37,640 nt of DNA, taken from positions 1 through 37,640 of the forward strand of contig CAYNTE010000006.1 in assembly GCA_964399615.1 (NCBI GenBank), given 5' to 3'. The position numbers and the translations under genes were made by a program. Every line of letters starts with the position of its first letter. Position 1 is the first letter of the stretch. This DNA is from an uncultured Thermomicrobiales bacterium (GTDB lineage Bacteria > Chloroflexota > Chloroflexia > Thermomicrobiales > CFX8). This document shows positions 1 through 10,022 of the stretch, one piece after another. The notes under the pieces were generated by a model that saw only the letters and a list, made by a program, of their open reading frames with translations, was not told the DNA's origin and ran no database searches.

Positions 1-70
1 CGGAAGACGAGATTCGAACTCGCGACCTTCTCCTTGGCAAGGAGATGCTCTACCACTGAGCCACTTCCGC
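1..70 (-). tRNA. tRNA-Gly (anticodon GCC), 3' end cut by window edge
   Basis: The reverse complement reads GCGGAAGTGGCTCAGTGGTAGAGCATCTCCTTGCCAAGGAGAAGGTCGCGAGTTCGAATCTCGTCTTCCG. It has a GCTCAGTGGTAGAGC D-arm, an anticodon stem TCTCC/GGAGA with loop TTGCCAA, and a GGTTCGAATC-type T-arm. The last acceptor base and discriminator lie outside the window. Confidence 0.9.
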
Positions 71-81
71 ATACTACCCCT

Positions 82-110
82 AGTGTATGGATCTCCAACT
101 ACGGTGTCAA
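82..110 (-). promoter_or_regulatory. Candidate sigma70-type promoter for tRNA-Gly
   Basis: The minus strand reads TTGACA (105-110), a 17-nt spacer, then TACACT (82-87). The -10 ends 11 nt upstream of the mature tRNA 5' end. Confidence 0.6.
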
Positions 111-201
111 GTTGACTATCCTGGGGCGGTCAGAATAGTAGAATTTCAGTTGAGTATCTTCACTCACTGGCAATCGATCGTGGGACCTAGAAGAGGGCCA
201 A

Positions 202-915
202 GTGTTCGAATTCCTTGTTCGCGATTACGCCATCCTTATCAGCCTGGTCGTCGTTGTCGGTGCGATCGCACGCTTGTTCCCAGACGCCGTCGCGCAGATC
301 CGGCGTAGCGAGCATCGTGTCACGCAGCTTACCTCGCGCGCTGCGGCTGGCCTCTTTGCGCTGACGCTGGTCTGGATAACGGTCTTCGATGATTGGCGCA
401 GGCTCCTGGGCGTGCCAACGGGCTGGTTGCAAGATCAGGACTCGCAGATTGCAAGCGATCCGTTCTACGTTACTCCGCCGTCCGACGCTGTCCGCACGAT
501 TACCTGGATCTTGATCATCGCCTCAGTGCTGGGCGGAGCATACCTCTACTCGCGTATTTCAGGATCGATCAGCCTGCCGTTGCTGCTCTTTCCACTGTCG
601 CTGGTCACCTTCTTCATCGTGAATACCTTCCGCCTGCGATTCGACGTGGATTCAGTCAAGATCGCCTACGGAACGATTGACTCACCGCTGGAGGTCGTGA
701 CGACGCTCTTCTGGGTCGCCGGGATCATGTTAACGCTCACGATCCTGATTCTGTGCTTCTACTTCATGATCTGGTCACCAGTCACGCTCGTCTTCGGGAT
801 CATCTATAGAAGAACCTGGGGCCGGCCGGAGGTAGTGGAAGCACCTATCTTCGACAAGCTCAAGGAACGTCGAAATCGTGCCTTCCAAGAAGCAGATGGA
901 CAGTCACGGCCCTAG
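202..915 (+). CDS. Hypothetical polytopic membrane protein
   Basis: 237-aa ORF with a GTG start preceded by AGAGGG. It has several long hydrophobic segments (ILISLVVVVGAI, ITWILIIASVLGGAYL, LLLFPLSLVTFFIV, TLFWVAGIMLTLTILILCFYFMIW). I recognise no family. Its stop overlaps the stop of the convergent gene (CTAG). Confidence 0.6.
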   Translation: MFEFLVRDYAILISLVVVVGAIARLFPDAVAQIRRSEHRVTQLTSRAAAGLFALTLVWITVFDDWRRLLGVPTGWLQDQDSQIASDPFYVTPPSDAVRTITWILIIASVLGGAYLYSRISGSISLPLLLFPLSLVTFFIVNTFRLRFDVDSVKIAYGTIDSPLEVVTTLFWVAGIMLTLTILILCFYFMIWSPVTLVFGIIYRRTWGRPEVVEAPIFDKLKERRNRAFQEADGQSRP

Positions 916-1877
916 ATTGACCTGATCTGCTGGCGCTCCCAGTTGAGCGTGTCTTGCAGCGACTGCTCCAGCGAGATCTGTGGTGTCCAACCTGTTACTG
1001 CGCCCAGCTTTGAAGCATCACCGGCAACGATCGGCGTATCGCTCGGACGTGCCCGCGCGGGATCGAGCTCGGAACGCAATGGCCGGCTCGCGTTCGCGAT
1101 GAACCAATCAAGGATCGATTGAATGGCAACTGGTTTGCCCGATGCGACGTTGTAGACATCGCCGCTGTGCCCCATCTCAAGCAACAACCGATAGGCGCGT
1201 ACGACGTCGCGAACATCGAGAAAGTCCCGGCGAGCCTCGAGATTCCCGGTAAGGATTACGGGCTCGACATGTCCCACTTCGGCTTCCGCGACTTGATTGG
1301 CGAAGGTTGCAACGACGAAGCGACGGCTCTGGCCCGGTCCAATGTGATTGAAGGGTCGCGCCCGTACGATGTCCATGCCATAGGCAGCGTGATACTGAAA
1401 GCCGAGCATGTCCTGGGTTACTTTGCTGACGGCGTAGGGGTTCTGCGGTCGAAAGGGGAACTCTTCGTTGATCGGCATCTGTTCGGGATCGACATGGCCG
1501 TAGATCTCGCCGGAACTGACGACCAGGATCCGTACCGGCAAGTCCAGTCGCCGGCATGCCTCCAGGAGATTGACTGTCCCGCCGACGTTGTTGAGGAGGG
1601 TCTCGGCGGGAGCAGCATGAGATTTTGGTACGTAGCTCTGTGCAGCCAGGTGCACGATGCAGTCGGGTTGATGGTGCTCTACGGTGCGATTGACGAGATC
1701 GGCATCGGTTAAATCGCACGTCAGCATGCGCACTCGATCGGCAGCGTGGCTCGCGCTTCTGCTCAAACCGACGATGTCCCAGTCGGTTGCATCGAGCAAA
1801 TGCTGAGTAAGATATCGGCCGACAAAACCCGACGCCCCAGTGATCAGGCAGACGTTCTGATTTCTCGCTGGGGCCAT
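912..1877 (-). CDS. NAD-dependent epimerase/dehydratase, extended SDR (GDP-mannose 4,6-dehydratase / GDP-6-deoxy-D-mannose reductase-like)
   Basis: Carries the N-terminal Rossmann motif ITGASGFVGRYL, the catalytic YAVSK (YxxxK), and NHIGPGQ, which is typical of the GMD/Rmd branch. It begins 14 nt downstream of metK on the same strand. Confidence 0.85.
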   Translation of the reverse strand: MAPARNQNVCLITGASGFVGRYLTQHLLDATDWDIVGLSRSASHAADRVRMLTCDLTDADLVNRTVEHHQPDCIVHLAAQSYVPKSHAAPAETLLNNVGGTVNLLEACRRLDLPVRILVVSSGEIYGHVDPEQMPINEEFPFRPQNPYAVSKVTQDMLGFQYHAAYGMDIVRARPFNHIGPGQSRRFVVATFANQVAEAEVGHVEPVILTGNLEARRDFLDVRDVVRAYRLLLEMGHSGDVYNVASGKPVAIQSILDWFIANASRPLRSELDPARARPSDTPIVAGDASKLGAVTGWTPQISLEQSLQDTLNWERQQIRSI

Positions 1878-1891
1878 CGCCGGTAGCCCGA

Positions 1892-3118
1892 TCAGTCGGT
1901 CAGTGAGGCGCTTGCACCGGTCGCGGCACGCAGCGCGTCGACTTTATCGAGCTTCTCCCAGGGGAGATCCAAATCTGGACGGCCGAAGTGCCCGTAGCTC
2001 GCGGTTTGACGGTAGATCGGACGCCGGAGATCCAGATCTTCGATGATGCCGAGAGTCCGCAGGTCGAAATGCTTCCAGATCAGATCAACGATCTCCTCAT
2101 CTTCGATCTTGCCCGTCCCGAACGTTTCAACATGGATGGAGAGCGGACGAGCGATACCAATGGCGTAGGAGACCTGGATTTCGCAACGCTCGGCGAGACC
2201 AGCGGCCACGATATTCTTCGCGACGTGGCGCACGGCATAGGCGGCCGAGCGGTCAACCTTTGTCGGATCTTTCCCTGAGAACGCGCCGCCGCCGTGACGG
2301 GCCATGCCGCCGTACGTATCGACGATGATCTTCCGGCCAGTCAGGCCGGCGTCGCCCATCGGCCCACCAACGGTGAAACGACCGGATGGGTTGACGTAAA
2401 ACTTTGTCTTGTCGTCGATCAGCTCAGACGGAATGGCTTGCCGGATCACTTGCTCGACGATGTCCGATTCAATCTGCTTGTCAGTCACTGCGTCGTCGTG
2501 CTGCGCGGCGATGACGACCGTATCGACACGCTTCGGCTTACCGAAGGCATATTCGACTGTCACCTGACTTTTGCCGTCTGGGCGGAGGTAGGGGAGCTGG
2601 TTGGTATGGCGCACGTCGGCCAGCTTGCGTGTGAGCTTCTGCGCCAGAGAAATGGGGAGTGGCATGAATTCCGGTGTTTCGTCACAGGCGTAACCGATCA
2701 TCATGCCCTGGTCGCCAGCACCGATAACGTCGCGCGGGTCGTGGCCCGTTGTGCCGCGCGATTCATAGGCGCGACTTACCGCGGCATTAATCTCGGCTGC
2801 CTGCTCCTTGATCGAGGTGATCACCCCGCAGGTGTGGCAATCGATGCCGAAGTTGGCGTTGGTGTAGCCGATATCGTGGAGTACATCACGTACGATGGCC
2901 GGGATATCGACATAGGTATCGGTGGTAATCTCTCCCAGCACCATCACAAGGCCAGTTGTTGCCGCAGTTTCGCAGGCAACTCTGCCGTTGGGGTCTTCGC
3001 TCATGATCGCGTCGAGCACAGCGTCCGAGATCTGATCACAGACCTTGTCGGGATGCCCTTCGGTGACCGACTCCGACGTGAAGTACGTCCGTGGAGCCCG
3101 ATCGAAGGATGTTGTCAT
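1892..3118 (-). CDS. metK: S-adenosylmethionine synthetase
   Basis: 408 aa with the hallmark motifs [12 protein letters not shown] and [19 protein letters not shown]. The architecture is full-length MetK-like. Confidence 0.97.
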   Translation of the reverse strand: MTTSFDRAPRTYFTSESVTEGHPDKVCDQISDAVLDAIMSEDPNGRVACETAATTGLVMVLGEITTDTYVDIPAIVRDVLHDIGYTNANFGIDCHTCGVITSIKEQAAEINAAVSRAYESRGTTGHDPRDVIGAGDQGMMIGYACDETPEFMPLPISLAQKLTRKLADVRHTNQLPYLRPDGKSQVTVEYAFGKPKRVDTVVIAAQHDDAVTDKQIESDIVEQVIRQAIPSELIDDKTKFYVNPSGRFTVGGPMGDAGLTGRKIIVDTYGGMARHGGGAFSGKDPTKVDRSAAYAVRHVAKNIVAAGLAERCEIQVSYAIGIARPLSIHVETFGTGKIEDEEIVDLIWKHFDLRTLGIIEDLDLRRPIYRQTASYGHFGRPDLDLPWEKLDKVDALRAATGASASLTD

Positions 3119-3165
3119 GTCTCTATCAACCTCTCAAGTCAGTGGTTTCGTTGTGGTCTGTCAGA

Positions 3166-4452
<1,287 letters not shown>

Positions 4453-4465
4453 CTAATGTTTCAGG

Positions 4466-5449
4466 TTATGAGTGCTTCGTCAGATTCTTCGAGTGCGCAA
4501 AGATCGCATCAGTCGCGCCAGCGAGATCGGGAAACGCGGACTGGAAACGCTCTGCAAACTCTGCTGGCGTGTAACTATGTGCCTGTGGCGCTGGCTGCTC
4601 GACAACATAGGTGCCCGCGAGTGCCGCGATTCGACCAGCAACGTCCCAGGGTAGCCCACTTCGCCAGCTTGCGAGCAGACCGGCGCGATAGCCATCGCCA
4701 GCTCCGGTCGGGTCGGCCAGCGTTCGAGCCGGAACCGACGGTATCTGATGCGTCTGGCCGTCGGCATAAATCGTTGACCCCAACTCGCCGAATGTGACCA
4801 CGACGACCGGCACTGACTCGATGATTGCCTGGCGGGACATGCCGGTCTTCTCTTCGATCATTGCCAGTTCGTAGTCGTTGGCGGCCAGTATCCTGGCGCC
4901 TTCGACGCCAGCCCGCAGCGCTGACGCGCTCAACGAGATAATTTGCTGACCTGGGTCATAGAGGTAGGCTATGCCTGCTTCGCGCAGTTCCGTGACGTGG
5001 CGCTCCATTGCAGCGGGAGCAGTCGGAGATACGACGGCGATTTCGACGCCGTTGCTATGGTCTGTGATGCTGATTTCGCCAGCGCGGGACATTGCGCCGG
5101 GATAGAAGCCGGTGATCTGATTGTCAGCGCGATCGGTCGTGATAAATGCACTCGCGGTCACTTCGCCGCTGTAGGTGTGGACGGTCGAGAGATCAACTCC
5201 CATGCTGCTTAGGACTTCGGCGTAATCCTCAAAATCATCTCCGACGGTCCCAACCAGCTGACAAGGTTGTTGAAGCAGCGCCAGACTGTAGGCAATGTTG
5301 CCCGCAACCCCTCCGCGCTGGCGATCGAGTGAGTCGACGAGGAATGAGACATTCAGGACGTGAACTTTCTCGGGTAGGATGTGATCTTCAAAATAACCAG
5401 GAAAGCTCATGATGTAGTCGAAGGCCAGCGAACCGGAGACGCGAATCAT
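4466..5449 (-). CDS. PfkB-family carbohydrate/nucleoside kinase, probable adenosine kinase
   Basis: Ribokinase-like fold with the motif DPTGAGDGYRAGLL near the C-terminus. I prefer the ATG at 5449 (MIRVSGSLAFDYI), which is preceded by GGGAAGGG. The adenosine-kinase call rests on adjacency to ahcY and metK and is inference. Confidence 0.75.
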   Translation of the reverse strand: MIRVSGSLAFDYIMSFPGYFEDHILPEKVHVLNVSFLVDSLDRQRGGVAGNIAYSLALLQQPCQLVGTVGDDFEDYAEVLSSMGVDLSTVHTYSGEVTASAFITTDRADNQITGFYPGAMSRAGEISITDHSNGVEIAVVSPTAPAAMERHVTELREAGIAYLYDPGQQIISLSASALRAGVEGARILAANDYELAMIEEKTGMSRQAIIESVPVVVVTFGELGSTIYADGQTHQIPSVPARTLADPTGAGDGYRAGLLASWRSGLPWDVAGRIAALAGTYVVEQPAPQAHSYTPAEFAERFQSAFPDLAGATDAIFAHSKNLTKHS

Positions 5450-5522
5450 GCGATGTGGTGCCCTTCCCTGTACCGTGTTTCGACGCACTGTAGCCCGAAA
5501 CCGTCTCGGTGATTATTCCATC

Positions 5523-7193
5523 TCATCCGGCTTTGGTTTGGGAAACAGTTCTGAGGGCGGTTGCGATGTCGGCCGCCTTGACGCTGGACGATATTTCGAC
5601 GCCGCCTTGTGCAGCCGGCAAGATCCACCGCAACCTGCCATTTGTGATCTTCTTGTCCGATGCGAGTAGCCGCTGCACGGCATCGAGGTCAGCTTCGAGA
5701 GCTGTCGGGAGTCCGGCGCGCTGGAGAAGATCGTGGATCTCACGTCCATACTCTGCGCCGACGCTTCCAGCACTTCGCGCAATCTCGCAGACAGTCAGCA
5801 TTCCCAGTCCCACCGCTTCCCCATGCCGGTAGCGGTATCCCTGCGCCTCGATCGCATGGCCTGCAGTGTGGCCAAAGTTGAGAATCATCCGCAGCGAGTT
5901 CTCACGTTCATCAGATTGCACTACAGAATGTTTGATCGAGACGTTGAGTCTCAACAGATCGACGATCATGTTTTCTGGAACAGGGTCTAGTGATGGCGTC
6001 GCGTCGAGAAGCCTGGCAAGCGACGTGCCTCCCAATGGTGTCGATGGCTGAATCCGGCTGTGCTTGATGACCTCAGCCATGCCGGACCGGTATTCGTCGC
6101 GAGGCAGCGTATCCAGAAACCGTGGATCGACGATCACAATGCCGGGCTGGTAGAACGCACCGGCAAGGTTTTTGCCTGCCGGCAGGTTGACGCCGGTCTT
6201 GCCGCCGACGCTTGAATCGACCATTGCAAGGAGTGACGTTGGGATCTGGGCAATCGATAGACCGCGCAGTGTAATCGCCGCGACAAATCCCGCCAGATCT
6301 CCAACGACGCCGCCACCCAGCGCAATGATGACATCCTGTCGGTGGACGCCTCGCGATGTCAACTCGGTGACCAAACGGTCCACCGACTGCATCGACTTGC
6401 TGGATTCACCAGCGGGTACAACCAGACTTTCGACTGGTGAGCCGTCCGTTTGCAGTAGCGTCTCAGCGCTCTGCAGCCAGTGCGACGCCACATTTTCATC
6501 GGTGATGATCCATCGCTTGCCAGAGCCGGGCCAGCGCCGCTCAAGCAGTTGCGGGAGATGATCAAACGCTCCAGCGCCAACCCAAATGTCAGAACGAGTT
6601 GAGGGAGTGATCAATGAGCAATGAGGGATTGCACCGCTCGTGTGCAGTGCGGTTGCGATCTCCACGGCAGATGATGCGACATCCGGTGCGCTGAGGTGAT
6701 CAGTCGCAATCGATGCATCGGCCTGGGCATACAGTGGACCACGGACGTCGAGTTGCGCCCGAATTCGTCCCAGGGCATCGCCTGCCAGGAGCGGCCGGAT
6801 GTCACTCTCATCTGATTGTGCCTGGATGCGCGAAATGAGCTCTTCGGGGCCGGCATTGAGGCTCAGAATAGCAGCGTGGGGGCGCATCGTGACCCAATTT
6901 CGAGGATCGACGACGATTCCTCCGCCGGTGGCAACGACTACCTGACGCTGTTCTGCGGAATTGAGCAAGGCCTCGCGTTCGATAGCTCTGAAGGCAGGTT
7001 CACCGAACGTTTCGAAGAAGCTTGCAATCGACATGCCAATCCGCTTGGTGATGATGTCGTCGAGGTCGAGCGGCTGATGGCCCGTGAGACCGGCAATCTG
7101 GCGGGCAACGGTGGATTTGCCGGAGCCGCTGGGGCCGATGAGATAGATGCGCTCGGGGAGTGCCGTCAAGTGATCTGATCCTTCCGGCTCCAA
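5523..7193 (-). CDS. Bifunctional shikimate kinase / 3-dehydroquinate synthase (AroK-AroB fusion)
   Basis: The N-terminus has the P-loop LIGPSGSGKSTVARQIA of shikimate kinase. The C-terminal ~360 aa carries the DHQ synthase motifs LGGGVVGDLAGFVAA and NFGHTAGHAIE. The start is uncertain: TTG at 7193, directly after the moeA stop, or TTG at 7169. Confidence 0.88.
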   Translation of the reverse strand: MEPEGSDHLTALPERIYLIGPSGSGKSTVARQIAGLTGHQPLDLDDIITKRIGMSIASFFETFGEPAFRAIEREALLNSAEQRQVVVATGGGIVVDPRNWVTMRPHAAILSLNAGPEELISRIQAQSDESDIRPLLAGDALGRIRAQLDVRGPLYAQADASIATDHLSAPDVASSAVEIATALHTSGAIPHCSLITPSTRSDIWVGAGAFDHLPQLLERRWPGSGKRWIITDENVASHWLQSAETLLQTDGSPVESLVVPAGESSKSMQSVDRLVTELTSRGVHRQDVIIALGGGVVGDLAGFVAAITLRGLSIAQIPTSLLAMVDSSVGGKTGVNLPAGKNLAGAFYQPGIVIVDPRFLDTLPRDEYRSGMAEVIKHSRIQPSTPLGGTSLARLLDATPSLDPVPENMIVDLLRLNVSIKHSVVQSDERENSLRMILNFGHTAGHAIEAQGYRYRHGEAVGLGMLTVCEIARSAGSVGAEYGREIHDLLQRAGLPTALEADLDAVQRLLASDKKITNGRLRWILPAAQGGVEISSSVKAADIATALRTVSQTKAG

Positions 7194-8492
7194 CTAGCCA
7201 ATGTCAGAGAGGCCGAACTCGACTGCGAGCTGGTCATCAAAGAGTTGAATTGTGACATCTGAGCCTGCTGGCATCATGCTTTCGGTCTCAGGAATGATGA
7301 TGAAGCAGTTGGCTTCAATCAACGCGCTGAGCATCGCGGCGCCGCGGATGCCAGTCGAGCAGACGGTTACTTTTCCGTGGCGGACAGACGCCGTGCCGTG
7401 AACGAAGTGGCGGCGACGACCAGTGTTCTTTATGGATTCGGTAAGTGTTGCCCTACGTTCGGGCATGCGCACATCGGTCCAGCCGAGCATCTTGCGAATC
7501 GCAGGTCTTCCAAATTGTTCAAACGACACGAGCGCTGCCGCTGGATTGCCTGGAAGACCGAGAAGGGGAATGCCGCGTATCGTGCCGAACGCGAGTGGCT
7601 TGCCGGGCTTCATCCGAACTTGCCAGATATCGATTTGGCCATCGGCAGCGAGCACGTCTTTGACCATGTCGTAATCGCCGAGCGATACGCCGCCGGATGT
7701 GACGATCATGTCGAGGTCGTCGATCGTCTGCAGGCTTTCCCTGAGCGCTTCAACGTGATCGCCAGCTATTCCCAGCAGGACGGGGTCGGCTCCGGCTCTG
7801 CGGGCGAGTGCTGCGATCGTATAGGAGTTGCTGTTGCGGATCTGGCCCGCCTCGAGCTCTGGCCCGATATCAACGACTTCATCGCCAGTCGCCAGAACTC
7901 CGACACGTGGACGGCGGTGGACTTCGACGTTCGATAGATTGAGGGTTGCAAGGATCCCGACATCGGACGGCCGGAGACGCCGTCCACGAGTCAGGATCGG
8001 TGCGCCGCGCGGAATGTCTTCGCCGCGATCACGCACGTTCTCGTGTGGATGGGCTGCTCGATGGATGCCGATCTTGGACGCATCGCTGCGGTCAACTCGC
8101 CGTTCAAGTTCATCGGTCTCTTCGAAGCGAACAACTGTGTCAGCCCCATCCGGAATCGGCGCGCCGGTCATGATTCGTGCGGCTTCGCCAAGCTTCACAA
8201 CCAACGACGGGGCGGTGCCAGCAGGGATCACACCGACAATGTTGAGCTCGACTGGTGATTCAGGTGACGCTTCCCGAAGGTCGCTGCTGCGGACCGCGTA
8301 CCCATCCATGGCTGAATTCTGAAAGGGAGGGATATCCTCGTGTGCCACGATGTCGGATGCAAGGACCAAGTCGACGGCGTCGACGATATCGCATTCGACG
8401 GCCGGCAGTGGCTGGAATGCTGAGAGGATGCGATCAAATGCTTCATCAACAGTGATCATATCCCCGTGACGTTCCCAGTCACGCTGCGGCAA
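7194..8492 (-). CDS. moeA: Molybdopterin molybdenumtransferase
   Basis: 432 aa with the MoeA signature PPFQNSAMDGYAV and TSGGVSLGDYD. A TTG start at 8492 is preceded by AAGGAAGGGAG. An ATG at 8459 is the alternative. Confidence 0.9.
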   Translation of the reverse strand: MPQRDWERHGDMITVDEAFDRILSAFQPLPAVECDIVDAVDLVLASDIVAHEDIPPFQNSAMDGYAVRSSDLREASPESPVELNIVGVIPAGTAPSLVVKLGEAARIMTGAPIPDGADTVVRFEETDELERRVDRSDASKIGIHRAAHPHENVRDRGEDIPRGAPILTRGRRLRPSDVGILATLNLSNVEVHRRPRVGVLATGDEVVDIGPELEAGQIRNSNSYTIAALARRAGADPVLLGIAGDHVEALRESLQTIDDLDMIVTSGGVSLGDYDMVKDVLAADGQIDIWQVRMKPGKPLAFGTIRGIPLLGLPGNPAAALVSFEQFGRPAIRKMLGWTDVRMPERRATLTESIKNTGRRRHFVHGTASVRHGKVTVCSTGIRGAAMLSALIEANCFIIIPETESMMPAGSDVTIQLFDDQLAVEFGLSDIG

Positions 8493-8537
8493 CGGAGGAC
8501 TCCCTTCCTTTGATCGAACGAGCGACGAGCGGAGTAC

Positions 8538-9470
8538 TTACCCCAAGTCGCGCATGGCATCGACCAGGCCCTGGACTGCCTGAGCCGAATTTTGCAAGAG
8601 TGCGGACTCTGAATCAGTAAGCTCCAGCTCGATGATCTGCTTGATACCTCCGTGACCGAGCTTGATTGGCACACCGACGAAGAGGTCGTTGATGCCGTAT
8701 TCGCCCTGACAGAGAATCGACGCGGGCACGACCTGGTTCTTGTCGAGGATGATCGCCTCGGCCATCTTGGCTGCCGACGCACCTGGCGCGTAATATGCGG
8801 AGCCAGTCTTCAATAGAGAAACGATTTCCGCGCCGCCCTTGGCAGTGCGTTCGATCAGTGCTTCGATGCGATCTTCTGAGATCAACTCTGGAATTGGAAT
8901 GCCGCAGACGGTTGTGTAGCGTGGCAGCGGGACCATCGTATCCCCGTGACCACCGAGCACCAGTGCCTGAACATCCTCAACTGATACATCGAGCTCCATG
9001 GCGACAAACGTGCGGAGGCGCGCTGAATCGAGCATGCCAGCCATGCCGATAACACGCTCGCGCGGGAAACCGGCCGCGTCAAAAGCGACATGGCACATGG
9101 CATCGAGCGGGTTGGCAACGATGATAATGACGGCGTCGGGAGATTGAGCGGCTACGGACTCGGTGACCTGCTTGACTATTCCCATGTTGGTCTTGAGCAG
9201 ATCGTCGCGGCTCATGCCGGGCTTACGTGCTACGCCGCTGGTGATAATGACGACGTCGGAGCCAGCGGTTTCTTCGTAACTGTTAGCGCCAGTGATTTTT
9301 GAGCTGTAGCCATCGACAGGCCCGGCCTGCATCATATCGAGTGACTTGCCCTGTGGCATGCCTTCGACAATGTCGACGAGCACAACGTCAGCATAATCGC
9401 GCGAGGCGATCTCCTGAGCTGCGACGCTACCGACATTGCCGGCGCCGACGACAGTAACTTTTCCGCGCAT
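8538..9470 (-). CDS. mdh: Malate dehydrogenase (LDH-like MDH family)
   Basis: Carries [12 protein letters not shown] (Rossmann), [14 protein letters not shown] (Arg at the substrate-discriminating position, indicating MDH) and [10 protein letters not shown]. The ATG at 9470 is preceded by GGGGAAGGA. The ORF-track N-terminal extension is unlikely to be real. Confidence 0.93.
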   Translation of the reverse strand: MRGKVTVVGAGNVGSVAAQEIASRDYADVVLVDIVEGMPQGKSLDMMQAGPVDGYSSKITGANSYEETAGSDVVIITSGVARKPGMSRDDLLKTNMGIVKQVTESVAAQSPDAVIIIVANPLDAMCHVAFDAAGFPRERVIGMAGMLDSARLRTFVAMELDVSVEDVQALVLGGHGDTMVPLPRYTTVCGIPIPELISEDRIEALIERTAKGGAEIVSLLKTGSAYYAPGASAAKMAEAIILDKNQVVPASILCQGEYGINDLFVGVPIKLGHGGIKQIIELELTDSESALLQNSAQAVQGLVDAMRDLG

Positions 9471-9578
9471 ATGGTGGTCCTTCCCCATGCTCCCTGGTAG
9501 CTCAATACTTGGCTTGCTGTCCTGCAAATTGCCGCATTCGCGACCCATCCACGATCTTAGCACGCAGGCCGTCAGTTG

Positions 9579-9609
9579 CTTGACACCTGATTCTGAGGTC
9601 GATTACACT
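9579..9609 (+). promoter_or_regulatory. Weak candidate promoter for the tRNA-Leu/Val/Phe cluster
   Basis: TTGACA at 9579-9584 and TACACT at 9604-9609 are the same hexamers as the tRNA-Gly promoter. The spacer is 19 nt, which is longer than optimal. Confidence 0.35.
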
Positions 9610-9643
9610 TACTTCTGCTCTAGCGAGAGCAGAGCAAGATCTT

Positions 9644-9728
9644 GCCCAGGTGGCGGAATAGGCAGACGCGCTAGCTTGAGGGGCTAGTGCCCGTTACGGG
9701 CGTGAAGGTTCAAATCCTTTCCTGGGCA
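9644..9728 (+). tRNA. tRNA-Leu (anticodon GAG), long variable arm
   Basis: Acceptor stem GCCCAGG/CCTGGGC. The anticodon stem CTAGC/GCTAG has loop TTGAGGG. The variable arm is TGCCCGTTACGGGCGT and the T-arm is GAAGGTTCAAATCCTTT. CCA is not encoded. Confidence 0.92.
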
Positions 9729-9764
9729 CCGGTGGACGGGGTTCGCGGCACAGATCATTTCTGC

Positions 9765-9840
9765 GGGCGATTAACTCAGTTGGTAGAGTGCCACGTTTAC
9801 ACCGTGGATGTCAGAGGTTCGAGCCCTCTATCGCCCACCA
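9765..9840 (+). tRNA. tRNA-Val (anticodon TAC), CCA encoded
   Basis: The sequence is GGGCGATTAACTCAGTTGGTAGAGTGCCACGTTTACACCGTGGATGTCAGAGGTTCGAGCCCTCTATCGCCCACCA. The anticodon stem CCACG/CGTGG has loop TTTACAC. Confidence 0.93.
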
Positions 9841-9872
9841 GGACGGGATCACGGCGTTGACCGTCGACATGA

Positions 9873-9945
9873 GCCGAGGTAGCTCAGTAGGTAGAGCACA
9901 CGACTGAAAATCGTGGTGTCGGCGGTTCGATTCCGCCCCTCGGCA
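9873..9945 (+). tRNA. tRNA-Phe (anticodon GAA)
   Basis: The sequence is GCCGAGGTAGCTCAGTAGGTAGAGCACACGACTGAAAATCGTGGTGTCGGCGGTTCGATTCCGCCCCTCGGCA. The anticodon stem CACGA/TCGTG has loop CTGAAAA. CCA is not encoded. Confidence 0.93.
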
Positions 9946-9973
9946 CTCAGCAGCTTCTCGATCTGCACCTTCA

Positions 9974-10000
9974 GCCCCGCAATTGCGGGGCTTCATTTTT
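9974..10000 (+). terminator. Rho-independent terminator after the tRNA cluster
   Basis: Perfect 7-bp GC stem GCCCCGC / GCGGGGC with loop AATT, followed by TTCATTTTT. Confidence 0.8.
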
Positions 10001-10022
10001 GTTGGAACGTTGAGCGGGGCGC

